From Ruminococcus sp. (lineage in GTDB: Bacteria > Bacillota > Clostridia > Oscillospirales > Ruminococcaceae), in NCBI GenBank assembly GCA_051893675.1, contig JBJFHO010000072.1, forward strand, positions 1 through 56,413: a stretch of 56,413 bases of DNA, written 5' to 3'. Position numbers and translations under genes: made by a program. The notes beneath the pieces are model-generated. The model worked only from the letters and a program-made list of their open reading frames with translations, ran no database searches and had not been told where the DNA came from. Shown piece after piece: positions 20,591 through 30,255 of the stretch (position 1 is its first letter; each line of letters opens with the position of its first letter).

Positions 20591-22432
20591 TTATACTTCC
20601 ATAATGATGGGCAGGATCATGGGACTGCGCTTGGTCTTTTCGTAGATAAAGTCAGACAGAACGTCACGCAGCTTTGTTTTCAGCGTGCCCCATTCCTTCA
20701 GATCGTGGGCACTGCATCCGTCCAGCACCTTTATCATCACACGGCGTGCCTCGTCCATAAGCTCTTCCGATTCCCGGACATAGACAAATCCACGAGAGAT
20801 AATATCCGGACCGGCAACCAGCGTATTGGACATACGCTCAATGCCGATGACCACAATAATGAGACCATCCTGTGCCAGATGCTTTCTGTCACGAAGTACG
20901 ATGGAGCCCACATCACCTACACCCAGACCGTCTACCATAACACGGCCTGCGGGTACCTGGGATACCACACGCATGGTCTGACCGTCTGTTTCGATGACGT
21001 CACCAATGCTGGAAATCAGAATGCGTTCTTCCGGCATACCCATGGATTTCGCAATTTCCGCGTGCTTCACCAGATGCTTATATTCACCGTGCACCGGAAT
21101 GAAGAACTTGGGCTTTGTCAGTGCCTGAATGAGTTTCAGTTCTTCCTGACAGGCGTGACCGGAGACATGCACCTCGTACATGGACTCATAGATCACCTCT
21201 GCCCCGGATTTCATCAGTTCGTTGACCACACGGGTCACATATTTTTCGTTGCCCGGAATAGGCTTTGCCGAAATAATAATAAAGTCGTTGGGGGTAATAG
21301 ACACCTTTTTGTGGCTATTCATTGCCATCCGTGTCAATGCCGACAGGGGTTCGCCCTGACTTCCCGTTGTCACAAGGACGATCTTCTCATCAGGATAACG
21401 GCTCATTTCGTCGATATCAATGATCATGCCCTTGGGTACTGTCAGGTATCCCAGCTCTGTCGCTGTTTCAATGACATGGATCATACTGCGACCGAATACG
21501 GCAATTTTCCTGTCATAGTGCTGCGCCTGATCAATGATCTGCTGTACACGGTGCACATTGGATGAGAATGTGGCGATGATAATACGCCGTCCCTCCGCAC
21601 GCTTGAACAGCTTTTCAAAGGAACCACCCACGGTACGCTCGGAGCAAGTAAATCCTGTCCGTTCCGCATTGGTAGAATCTGCCATAAGCGCCAGAACACC
21701 ACGGCTGCCCAGCTCGCCAAAGCGTGCCAGATCAATGATCTCATCGTCAATGGGCGAAAAGTCCACCTTGAAGTCGCCGGTATGCACAATAATACCTGCC
21801 GGGGTATGGATCGCCATGCCCACTGCGCCGGGGATAGAGTGGTTCACCTTGATGAATTCCACTGCCATACAGCCCATTTTCACAGTTTTCCGGGGTTCCA
21901 CCTCGATCAGCTTTGCCTGCTTGAGGAGGCCGTGTTCTTCCAGCTTGCCCCGGATGAGTCCCAGGGTCATGCGTGTACCGTAAATAGGCACGTTGATTTT
22001 TTTCAGAAGATATGCCAGACCGCCGATATGATCCTCGTGACCGTGGGTAATGACAATACCCCGGACACGGTCCTTGTTGCCCTCCACATAGGTGAAATCC
22101 GGAATGACAATATCCACGCCCGGCATGTCCATATCCGGGAATGCCAGTCCGCAGTCCAGAATGAACATATCATTGCTGCACTCGAACACAGTCATATTCT
22201 TGCCGATCTCGTTCAGACCGCCCAGCGGAATGATGCGTACCGGTGTACGCTTCTGCTGTTCCCGTTTGGGCGCTTTTGTCTGCTGCGCTGAACCGCTGCG
22301 GTTGCCATTGCTGCGATAACTGCCGGCGGGCTTCCGTTCTGTGCCCTGCTGACGTGGTCTTGCGCCATAATTTCTCTTTCTCGTCTGTGAACCGCTGCGT
22401 GGTTCACGTACCTGTTCTTTTTCTGTAGCCAA
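20591..22432 (-). CDS. rnj: Ribonuclease J with basic N-terminal extension
   Basis: PLGGLNEIGKNM, THGHEDHIG, HTGDFK, HVSGH, PVHGE; TTG start. Confidence 0.96.
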   Translation of the reverse strand: MATEKEQVREPRSGSQTRKRNYGARPRQQGTERKPAGSYRSNGNRSGSAQQTKAPKREQQKRTPVRIIPLGGLNEIGKNMTVFECSNDMFILDCGLAFPDMDMPGVDIVIPDFTYVEGNKDRVRGIVITHGHEDHIGGLAYLLKKINVPIYGTRMTLGLIRGKLEEHGLLKQAKLIEVEPRKTVKMGCMAVEFIKVNHSIPGAVGMAIHTPAGIIVHTGDFKVDFSPIDDEIIDLARFGELGSRGVLALMADSTNAERTGFTCSERTVGGSFEKLFKRAEGRRIIIATFSSNVHRVQQIIDQAQHYDRKIAVFGRSMIHVIETATELGYLTVPKGMIIDIDEMSRYPDEKIVLVTTGSQGEPLSALTRMAMNSHKKVSITPNDFIIISAKPIPGNEKYVTRVVNELMKSGAEVIYESMYEVHVSGHACQEELKLIQALTKPKFFIPVHGEYKHLVKHAEIAKSMGMPEERILISSIGDVIETDGQTMRVVSQVPAGRVMVDGLGVGDVGSIVLRDRKHLAQDGLIIVVIGIERMSNTLVAGPDIISRGFVYVRESEELMDEARRVMIKVLDGCSAHDLKEWGTLKTKLRDVLSDFIYEKTKRSPMILPIIMEV

Positions 22433-22912
22433 TCAAGTATCCTCGCTTTCTTCCAGGCGGCGATGGCAGTGTCAATTTGCAGCATTCCCTACGGAATTCC
22501 AAAGTTCTTCCTATCACTTTCAGAAAAGATCCGTATTCTCTTTTTAACAAGGTTCGTGCATTGTTTGATCGTTCTGCAATTCCGTGCTTTTTCAGGTGCA
22601 GAGAGTTCCCATGATCCGACTGTAAATGCCGGATTTGCATCGTTCCATTCTCTTCGGGAACAGTCATTCTGCACAGCACATCCTGTACACATCGCCCTGG
22701 ATTTCACCGGGTTCTGCCATATCACGCAAGAATACAGCTTTCCCGTATGTATAAAATAATATGATATATATAATACGGCCTACCGGCAATAAAACGTCCG
22801 CACAGCAGGCAGCATTTTCATCCAATCAGTTGCAATACAGAAGCAGTTTCCGCCCGTAAAAAAGCGGTCTGTTTCTGCAATTTCATTTCCACGTACAGCA
22901 ATACATAGTTTT

Positions 22913-22941
22913 ATTATACGATTTCCCGAATTCAATGTCAA
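22913..22941 (-). promoter_or_regulatory. Consensus SigA promoter about 475 nt upstream of rnj
   Basis: TTGACA (22941-22936), 17 bp, TATAAT (22918-22913). Confidence 0.7.
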
Positions 22942-23011
22942 TGGAATTTGAGAAAAATTTGCTTTTTGGACAATTATTCACGACTCACACTCCGGAATTT
23001 CTACGAAACCG

Positions 23012-24334
23012 CTAGAAACCTTCGGCACAGTGCAGCTTTCCCTTTCCCGACAGCAGCAGAAGTCCCAGAAGATTAGGAATCGCCATAAGTCCATTGGCGA
23101 TATCCGAAACAGCCCACACTGCCCCCAGAGAGACTACAGCGCCGATGCCGGCCGCCAGGCAGAACAGAATGCGATAGGGCTGAAGCCCCCGTGTTCCCCA
23201 GAGATAGCGCACTGCCTGTTCCCCACAGCAGCACCAGCCGATGAGGGTACAAAAGGCGAAGAGTGCCGTGATAATCGCCATGATCTGGGGAGAAGTCCTG
23301 CCGAAAATACCGGAAAACGCCGCTGTAATGATACCGCCGGCATCCTGTGCCTGTTCCATGGCACCGCTGGTGAGCACTGCCAGAGCGGTCAGCGTACAGC
23401 ATACCAGCGTATCCAGTGCCACCTCTACCATGCTCCACATGCCCTGGAGCGATGCATCCCTGGAACATCCTCCGGCATGAACCAGGGCGCTGCTTCCCAG
23501 ACCGGCTTCGTTGGAAAATACCCCATGGCGCAGTCCTGTCCCCACTGCCTCCCGGAGCAATGCCCCGGAAATGCCGCCGCCTACTGCATCAAGTCCCAAT
23601 GCACCCCGGAATATGGACTGAAACGCCTGGGGCAGAGCGTTCCCGTGCCGAACGATCACCGCCAGCGCAGAAAGCATATACACCGCCGACAGCAAGGGCA
23701 TGAGCCACTGGATCACACCGCCCACACCACGCACGCCACGGAGCAATATGCACCCCAGCAAAACCGCTACGGCAATGCCTACAGCAAGGGGCGGCACTGA
23801 AAAAGCCTCCTCCGCCAGCGTGGAAATAGCACTGCTCTGAGTCATATTGCCCATCCCCAGAGAGGCGGCAATACAAAAAATGGCATACAGCGCCGCCAGC
23901 GTCCGGCTGCCCAGACCATAGCGCAGATATGCCATGGGGCCGCCTACACAAGTACCGTCCGGCAATTCCCTGGCATAGCGCATTGCCAGCACATTTTCTG
24001 TATAGGTCAGCATCATGCCAAGCAGCGCCGAGATCCACATCCAGAAAATCGCCCCGGGGCCGCCGATACACAGAGCAGTTGCCACGCCGATAACATTGCC
24101 CGTCCCCATTGCCGCCGCCAGTGCTGCGGAAAAGGTCTGGAACTGAGTCAGTGCAGGTGTGCCTTCCTTTGAATCGCCAGAACCCCGACGCAGACCGCCG
24201 AATGTCTCATGTAGAATAGTTTTCCACCCACGCAGCTGAAAAAAACGGCTGTGCAGACTCAGCCACAGCCCTGTTCCCAGCAGAAGTACCAGCAGACCTG
24301 GCCCCCAGACCATAGATGCAATTCGTTCCAGCAT
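23012..24334 (-). CDS. Alanine/glycine:cation symporter (AGCS family)
   Basis: GTGNVIGVA, GGPGAIFWMW, GGPMAY, GVFSNEAGLGS; SD AAGGAG before ATG 24334. Confidence 0.92.
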   Translation of the reverse strand: MLERIASMVWGPGLLVLLLGTGLWLSLHSRFFQLRGWKTILHETFGGLRRGSGDSKEGTPALTQFQTFSAALAAAMGTGNVIGVATALCIGGPGAIFWMWISALLGMMLTYTENVLAMRYARELPDGTCVGGPMAYLRYGLGSRTLAALYAIFCIAASLGMGNMTQSSAISTLAEEAFSVPPLAVGIAVAVLLGCILLRGVRGVGGVIQWLMPLLSAVYMLSALAVIVRHGNALPQAFQSIFRGALGLDAVGGGISGALLREAVGTGLRHGVFSNEAGLGSSALVHAGGCSRDASLQGMWSMVEVALDTLVCCTLTALAVLTSGAMEQAQDAGGIITAAFSGIFGRTSPQIMAIITALFAFCTLIGWCCCGEQAVRYLWGTRGLQPYRILFCLAAGIGAVVSLGAVWAVSDIANGLMAIPNLLGLLLLSGKGKLHCAEGF

Positions 24335-24370
24335 AGCAATCTCCTTGTATCTTATGCCCATTTGCAATTT

Positions 24371-24441
24371 GTAGGGAACGGCCCCTGTGTCGTTCCCTCA
24401 GAATCTGTATCAGTCGGAACGACACGGAGGTCGTTCCCTAC
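24371..24441. repeat. GTAG-type REP inverted doublet, copy 2
   Basis: GTAGGGAACGGCCCCTGTGTCGTTCC ... GGAACGACACGGAGGTCGTTCCCTAC. Confidence 0.8.
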
Positions 24442-24474
24442 AATCCGGACGAACAAAATTCTCGCACATTTTTC

Positions 24475-24503
24475 TTGACGTTTCCAGATTCATAGGGTAT
24501 AAT
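24475..24503 (+). promoter_or_regulatory. SigA promoter
   Basis: TTGACG, 17 bp, TATAAT. Confidence 0.65.
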
Positions 24504-24559
24504 ATTGATATATTATTATATGATAGTGACATAGAAAAGTATGCCCACAGGAGGAACGC

Positions 24560-25027
24560 ATGAAACAATACAGTGCCGATCGCCATGCGCAGTATACATT
24601 ACAAATTGCAACGCCCATTCTTGCCGTTGTTCTGATTATTCTGGTGTGGTATTTTTTAGCCTTTCTGCCCCACTGGATATTGTGGACGCTGACTGTCGTT
24701 TTTGCTGCGGCAGCAGCGCTGCTTTCCACACTATTCCTGCCCATGTGGTTCTGCACCGTTTCCTACACGGTCTCTGATACCCATATCACCAAGCGCTGCG
24801 GCATTTTCTTTATCCAGGAACAGACCATGCGCACTCAGGCACTCCAGTTCAGCAGTACCTTCCGGATGCCTGGCTCCGACAAAACCGGCATGAACTTCAT
24901 CCCCCTGCATGCATACGGCGGCACCGTTTTTCTCGCATTTCTGAGCCAATCCGATGCAGCAGAGATCCAGGCATTCCTGCAAAAAAACGTGTATCAGAAC
25001 GGTCAGACACAGGTTGAAAAGACCTGA
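24560..25027 (+). CDS. YdbS-like membrane protein with bacterial PH domain
   Basis: Two TMs then SYTVSDTHITKRCGIFF bPH_2-like strands; paired with a YdbT-like gene. Confidence 0.65.
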   Translation: MKQYSADRHAQYTLQIATPILAVVLIILVWYFLAFLPHWILWTLTVVFAAAAALLSTLFLPMWFCTVSYTVSDTHITKRCGIFFIQEQTMRTQALQFSSTFRMPGSDKTGMNFIPLHAYGGTVFLAFLSQSDAAEIQAFLQKNVYQNGQTQVEKT

Positions 25028-25072
25028 CACAGCGCATATTCACACAAAACAGCCGTTAGAAAGGAGGAATAC

Positions 25073-26557
25073 ATGGCAATCAATGCACCGCCGGATACTG
25101 CCGTTTATCGGGAGCATCCCATCAAGATCCTGCGCTACAGTGCCAAGAACCTCTGGCTCCTGATTTTCCCCTTGCTGCGCAGTCTGCGCTTTTATCCATT
25201 TTCTCTGCAAAATCTCATCGACTGGGGTGCCGGTGCATGGTTTGACCTGCTCATCGCCCTGCTGATCCTGGGCATCGGTACACTGCGCTGGCAGTCCTGT
25301 ATCTATTACTTCGACGAGGTATCCATCCATTCCCAAAGCGGTCTGCTGCTGCAAATGGGAACGGAGATCCCTCTGGAACGTATCACCTGTACTGTAGAAG
25401 AACATCCCTTTTACCTGCGGCCCATCCGTGCCGTCCGGTTGCAGATCAGTACGGCGTCCGGCTCTGTCCCGGAGTCTGACATGAAACTGATTCTCTATCT
25501 CCGGGATCTGCACCGTATGCGGCAGCATATTCCCGTGCTGCAAAATGACAGCTCCAAAGCCGTGGCATATCATACGCCGGCATGGCGTGTGCTGCTGTTT
25601 TCGGCGTTGTTCTCCAGCAGCTTTTCCGGTGCGCTGTACATCGCCACCCTCTTTTTCCAGGGCGGCAGGATCACCTCGGATCTGCTGGAGCAGTTCCAGG
25701 CGCAGCAGCTACTGGAGGATGCCACAGAGCGTGCTTCCTCGGCATTTCACGGCGTACCCCGCATTGCCATTACCATCGGCATCGTGATCCTGACCCTGTG
25801 GCTGATTTCCTTCGGACGGAATCTCCTGCGCTATGCCAGATTCCGCATCCGGTTCGGCAGCGAATTCATCTCCGTCCACATGGGGATCATCACCCGCCGG
25901 CGGTATCATCTCCGGGACTCTGCCATTGTCTTTCCCGACCTGCGGCAGAATCTGATCATGAAGATCTGCGGCATGGTTTCCCTGCACATCCGCTGTCCGG
26001 GCTACGGCAGCCGCCGGGATACTCTGCCTGTGCTCATTCCTCTGGTACGAAAAAGATCTTCTCAGGCACTGCTGCAAAAGCTCCATGCCGCCCAGACCAT
26101 GAAAAATCCCCGTGTCCTTGCCCGTTCGAGCCTGCGGTTTTTCTGGTCATTTGTCTGGCCGCCGGTCATCGGGCTGTGCGCCATTCTCCCGGTACGCTTC
26201 CTGCTGCTGCGCCTGTTACCGGAATTCGATTCCATGATACGCTTTTTCTCGGTCATGCTGGTGATTCCTCTGGTATGGCTGCTGCTGATCCGGATCGTTT
26301 CCCTGATGACGCAATTTGTAGCAATGGACGGCGAGACCGTTCAGTTCCATTTCAGCCAGTGGTTTACATTCCACACCATTACCGTCCAGCGCAGCCATAT
26401 CGTCCGGGCGGATTTCAGACAGACACCTCTGCAAAAGCAATACGGCGTAGGGCATCTCTACCTTGTCTGCAACGGCCCCCGGCAGCAGCGGTTCAAGCTG
26501 ACGGCACTCCCCGAACAGGCTGCAAGAACCATTATCGACGCACTGATACAAGAATAA
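25073..26557 (+). CDS. YdbT-like membrane protein with three bPH_2 domains
   Basis: Three repeats of TM pair + bPH_2-like segment (e.g. QTPLQKQYGVGHL). Confidence 0.7.
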   Translation: MAINAPPDTAVYREHPIKILRYSAKNLWLLIFPLLRSLRFYPFSLQNLIDWGAGAWFDLLIALLILGIGTLRWQSCIYYFDEVSIHSQSGLLLQMGTEIPLERITCTVEEHPFYLRPIRAVRLQISTASGSVPESDMKLILYLRDLHRMRQHIPVLQNDSSKAVAYHTPAWRVLLFSALFSSSFSGALYIATLFFQGGRITSDLLEQFQAQQLLEDATERASSAFHGVPRIAITIGIVILTLWLISFGRNLLRYARFRIRFGSEFISVHMGIITRRRYHLRDSAIVFPDLRQNLIMKICGMVSLHIRCPGYGSRRDTLPVLIPLVRKRSSQALLQKLHAAQTMKNPRVLARSSLRFFWSFVWPPVIGLCAILPVRFLLLRLLPEFDSMIRFFSVMLVIPLVWLLLIRIVSLMTQFVAMDGETVQFHFSQWFTFHTITVQRSHIVRADFRQTPLQKQYGVGHLYLVCNGPRQQRFKLTALPEQAARTIIDALIQE

Positions 26558-26607
26558 AAACCGGACAGTTCCCTGCACAAAAGGAAACCGTCCGGTTACT
26601 TTTTATA

Positions 26608-26701
26608 TGGTGTCGCCTGCGGCGATGAATATATTTTTATTCGTTCGTACCCAAATGGTACGAACACCGCATTCCTAATTCTTAAGAGCCTCATTCCTAA
26701 T
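26608..26701. repeat. Heptamer + hairpin element, copy B
   Basis: TGGTGTCGCCTGCGGCGATG ... GTTCGTACC-CAAAT-GGTACGAAC-ACCGC-ATTCCTA ATTCTTA AGAGCCTC ATTCCTA. Confidence 0.75.
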
Positions 26702-28138
26702 TTATTTTGGCATTCTCAGGATTGCCGATAGGATTCGCAGGATTTTTTCGCCGTAGTCAGCACCTGCCGCCCAGCCTTTGCCATAGGGATTTTCCTGAAT
26801 ACCCAGCCATTCCACATAGGGTGCACAGCCACGCTGCACATACTGGAATCGTGTATCCACACAAGCCTGCACCAAATCTCCGGTATCCGCATAGGCTTTC
26901 AGGTGCTGTATCTGTGCACGGATACCCAACTGCGGTGTGGCAAAGGAATTGCCTTTCATACCGCAGCTGGTGACGCCCATACCGCAGAAATTATTCTGAT
27001 CCAATGTGACTGCTGAGCCCTGGAAGGTGAAATTTCCCGTTTCCAGAAGAGACTGTGCAAATGCCACATCACCCCGGACGCCTTCCGCTTCCCCCTCGCT
27101 GAGATAATAGGGGATCATATTCAGCACACTCTGGGGTACATTTGGATTCACCGATTTCAGATAAGCAGTCATCTGTGCAACAGTTGCCCTTGACGTGCCC
27201 ATAATGGCAGTTTTTTCGATGGTCAGAGTACCATCCGCAGCCGCCTGATATTCCACACCGTCGATCAGGATGCTGCCATTGCAGAGCATTGTACCATTCC
27301 CATAAAAATAGCAGCTTTTCCCGTCAATGGTCTGCATTCCGATAACTGCCGCACCAGTGGCGGGATCGAAATAATAGGTATCTCCCGACACCGTCTGCCA
27401 ACCGGTCTGTACGCCGCCCTCCGACGTGATCTCGTACAGGCTCCCCTGAATCCAACACAGTCCCGTGAGGCTGTTACCGGTTTTGGGGTCAAAATAATAT
27501 GTATTGCAGCCGATCTCCGTCCAGCCGGTGACCTGCACGCCGTCTGTTCCGAACTGATACCATATGCCGTCGATCTGCACATCGCCTACCGCTGCCGCAC
27601 CGGTTTCTCCGGAATAATAGCGGCATTCGTTTTCATCCGTAACGAATCCCAGCTGCAATGCGCCATACTCGTCCAGCAGGAACATGGTGTCTGGCGCTGT
27701 TTCCTCGCCCTGGAGCGTCACAAGTCCCGTCTGGGTACCTGTGAGCTTTCCGTCATCTGCATCAATATAATAGTATCCCTCACCATAACGGACCCAGCCT
27801 GTCCGGACAGTTCCTGTCTCCGGCTCATAATACCGCCGCACACCGCCTACGGTCTGCCATCCCGTGCGGAGTGAGCCGTCCGGCGCAAAAAGATAGGTCT
27901 CGCCGTCAATGACAGCTTCTCCTGTGACGAGATTGCCTGCTGCATCATAATAGACCAGCGCACCGGAACTGTTTCTGACCCAGGTATTGGGCACTGTGTC
28001 CACCGGTTCCAGTTCTGTCGTTGCTGTGGCAACCAGAGGCGTTTCTATGACAACTTCCTCTGCTGCGGCAGTCATTCCGCCCAGACAAAGGGCTGCGCCG
28101 CCTGCTGCGGCAAAGAGTAATATACGAAAAGGTAGCAA
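26702..28138 (-). CDS. Cell-wall hydrolase: cell-wall/choline-binding repeats + GH73-type glucosaminidase
   Basis: Signal peptide, multiple TGWQTV...YYF repeats, C-terminal AFAQSLLETG, QNNFCGMG, HLKAYA, KGWAAGADYG; SD GGAGGA before TTG 28138. Confidence 0.85.
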   Translation of the reverse strand: MLPFRILLFAAAGGAALCLGGMTAAAEEVVIETPLVATATTELEPVDTVPNTWVRNSSGALVYYDAAGNLVTGEAVIDGETYLFAPDGSLRTGWQTVGGVRRYYEPETGTVRTGWVRYGEGYYYIDADDGKLTGTQTGLVTLQGEETAPDTMFLLDEYGALQLGFVTDENECRYYSGETGAAAVGDVQIDGIWYQFGTDGVQVTGWTEIGCNTYYFDPKTGNSLTGLCWIQGSLYEITSEGGVQTGWQTVSGDTYYFDPATGAAVIGMQTIDGKSCYFYGNGTMLCNGSILIDGVEYQAAADGTLTIEKTAIMGTSRATVAQMTAYLKSVNPNVPQSVLNMIPYYLSEGEAEGVRGDVAFAQSLLETGNFTFQGSAVTLDQNNFCGMGVTSCGMKGNSFATPQLGIRAQIQHLKAYADTGDLVQACVDTRFQYVQRGCAPYVEWLGIQENPYGKGWAAGADYGEKILRILSAILRMPK

Positions 28139-28160
28139 ATTTATTCCTCCTGCAATCTGT

Positions 28161-28208
28161 AGGCAATACCGTACAAAGCCGTCAGGCGCTCTTTGTGCGG
28201 TGTTGCCT
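28161..28208. repeat. About 48-nt hairpin repeat, copy 1
   Basis: GGCAATACCGTACAAAG-CCGTCAGGCGCT-CTTTGTGCGGTGTTGCC; copies at 35911 and 54885. Confidence 0.85.
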
Positions 28209-28265
28209 GTAATTCCGCACTGCGGACTGCCTGAAACAGGCACCGTCTGTGCACATCTGCTTTTC

Positions 28266-28460
28266 ATTGTACCATATTTTTTTGAGATAGTCAATCATTT
28301 TTGTGGATTTTGTTGGATATCCCACAGGGTACTATGGACAGGAGTGGTGGATTTTCGTCATTTTGCAAGAACTTTCAAAGAAAATATGACGTTTTTTCGG
28401 GAACAATAAGAAAAAAATAACACCAAATTCGTTGACATTGCGAGAAAAATCGGCTATAAT
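28266..28460. promoter_or_regulatory. Divergent SigA promoters
   Basis: Minus: TTGACT-17-TACAAT (28294-28266). Plus: TTGACA-17-TATAAT (28432-28460). Confidence 0.7.
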
Positions 28461-28492
28461 GTAGACAAGCTTATAATGGCAGGAGGAATCAC

Positions 28493-28993
28493 ATGCCTTT
28501 ACAGAATATAAAACAAACTGACAAGGTACAGAAGCATCTGTCTGCCTATCTGTCAGACCGTGCCGTTTGTTCCATGGATGAATTCATCCAGCACGGCACT
28601 ACCACAACTTTAGAGCACTGCCTCTCCGTGGTTTCTGCCAGCTGTGCCATTGCAGAGCGTCTGCATCTGCGTGTCAACTATGAAAATCTGACCGTAGGCG
28701 CACTGCTGCACGACTTTTATTTATACGACTGGCACACCCACCAGGACGAGGGTGCGCTCCATGGCTTTGCCCATCCCCGTATTGCCTGCCGGAATGCAGC
28801 AATGCGGTTTCATATCAGCCCGGAAGTACAGCACATTATCAGCACGCACATGTGGCCGCTGACCCTGCGGTCGGTGCCCCGTTCCCGTGAAGCGGTCATT
28901 GTCTGTCTTGCGGACAAGTATTGCTCTACGCTGGAGACGGTCTCAGGCTTCTGGCGTCATGCCAAGGTACTGGGACGGAAAAGGAGGGTGTAA
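28493..28993 (+). CDS. HD-domain phosphohydrolase
   Basis: QHGTTTTLEHC, GALLHDFYLYDWH, HGFAHP, HMWP, LADK. Confidence 0.85.
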   Translation: MPLQNIKQTDKVQKHLSAYLSDRAVCSMDEFIQHGTTTTLEHCLSVVSASCAIAERLHLRVNYENLTVGALLHDFYLYDWHTHQDEGALHGFAHPRIACRNAAMRFHISPEVQHIISTHMWPLTLRSVPRSREAVIVCLADKYCSTLETVSGFWRHAKVLGRKRRV

Positions 28994-28997
28994 TTTT

Positions 28998-29588
28998 ATG
29001 GTATCGAGCCTGGCAGACTATGTTCTGCTCTTTTTTACATATTCCACACTGGGCTGGTGTATGGAGACCCTGTACATGGGTGTACGGGAACGCCGCATCA
29101 CGAACCGGGGCTTTCTGCTGGGACCCTGCTGTCCCATCTACGGCATCGGACTCGTCGGCATCACCATGCTGTTCCAGAACACAAGGCATGGCTTCTGGTA
29201 TGTCTTTGTCTCCATCATCCTGCTTTGCAGCGTACTGGAATACACCGTCAGCGTACTCATGGAACGGCTGTTCCACACCCGCTGGTGGGATTATCATGAC
29301 ATGAAATTCAATCTCCACGGCAGGATCTGCCTGGAAACCATGCTGCCGTTTGGGATACTGGGAACATTTGCATTATACCAGATCAACCCCTTTCTCATGG
29401 CGGTTTTTCACCGGATCCCTCCGGAGATCTCCAACAAGTTCCTGACCGGCATCGTTCTGCTGGCACTGATTGATCTGGTGGTATCTGTACGGACGCTGCT
29501 CACCATTTCCCTGCCCGACGGCGAAGCCGATCATACGGCAGAAATTTCCCGGCGTGTCCGGGAGGAACTGGGAAAGCGGTTCGGCTGA
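28998..29588 (+). CDS. Putative ABC transporter permease (CmpB/DUF1113-like)
   Basis: YSTLGWCME, NRGFLLGPCCPIYG, RWWDY, NLHGRICL. Confidence 0.75.
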   Translation: MVSSLADYVLLFFTYSTLGWCMETLYMGVRERRITNRGFLLGPCCPIYGIGLVGITMLFQNTRHGFWYVFVSIILLCSVLEYTVSVLMERLFHTRWWDYHDMKFNLHGRICLETMLPFGILGTFALYQINPFLMAVFHRIPPEISNKFLTGIVLLALIDLVVSVRTLLTISLPDGEADHTAEISRRVREELGKRFG

Positions 29589-29704
29589 TACTAATCCCAT
29601 ATTAATCTGTTGAAAAATTCCATAAACCTTTTTCGTGCATTCCCCATTATTTTGGCGGAATGCACTTTTTTTGTGACAGCTCCATGAAAACCAGCGGAAT
29701 CCCA

Positions 29705-29767
29705 TTGACAGAACAGATAACGTGCGTTATAATAAAACAACGTTAATTGATAACATTGTTATCAATT
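29705..29767 (+). promoter_or_regulatory. SigA promoter with two MarR-type palindromic operators
   Basis: TTGACA-17-TATAAT; ATAACG-TG-CGTTAT (29717-29730) over the -10 and AATTGATAACA-T-TGTTATCAATT (29745-29767). Confidence 0.8.
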
Positions 29768-29793
29768 TTGTGAAAACGGGAGGGGAAATCAAA

Positions 29794-30255
29794 ATGGCAG
29801 ATACGCTGGAAAACTTTCTGTCCATCACAAACCGGCTCCACAATCTGAATGTTTTTTCCCTGCTGCCCCTGGGACGGCATGATTATATGGTGCTGTTCAC
29901 CATACGCTGTCTCCAGCGGAAATACAGCGGCTGTCTCACCGTCTCTGCGGTGGCAAAGGAAATGCATGTGGTGCAGCCGGCGGTGTCACGGACGCTGCGC
30001 AGTCTGGAGGAACTGGGGCTGATCCAGCGGGAGGTGAGCCGGGAGGACCGGCGCAACACCTATGTTGCATTGACGCCGGAGGGCACGACTGCCATTCAGG
30101 AGGCAGAACATGTGCTGGAACAGTTCCATCAGGGTGTACAGGAACGGTTCACACCGGAGGAAATGCATCTGCTGATCCTGCTGATGGAACGGCTCTATGC
30201 TGTTTCAAAGGAACAGATAGAAAAAATGAAGAAAGGAGCAACGAAGAATGAGTAA
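29794..30255 (+). CDS. MarR family regulator
   Basis: VQPAVSRTLRSLEELGLIQR...EDRR...LTPEG; SD GGAGGGG. Confidence 0.9.
   Translation: MADTLENFLSITNRLHNLNVFSLLPLGRHDYMVLFTIRCLQRKYSGCLTVSAVAKEMHVVQPAVSRTLRSLEELGLIQREVSREDRRNTYVALTPEGTTAIQEAEHVLEQFHQGVQERFTPEEMHLLILLMERLYAVSKEQIEKMKKGATKNE

Noticed and set aside
22404-22759. Small ORFs upstream of rnj (78-98 aa)
   Set aside because: No clear SD or recognisable sequence; left as unresolved leader
28161-28208. c-di-GMP-I or c-di-AMP riboswitch upstream of the autolysin
   Set aside because: GCAAAGCC is only a superficial match on the non-transcribed strand; no GAAA tetraloop/receptor or ydaO consensus; copies also occur at gene 3' ends
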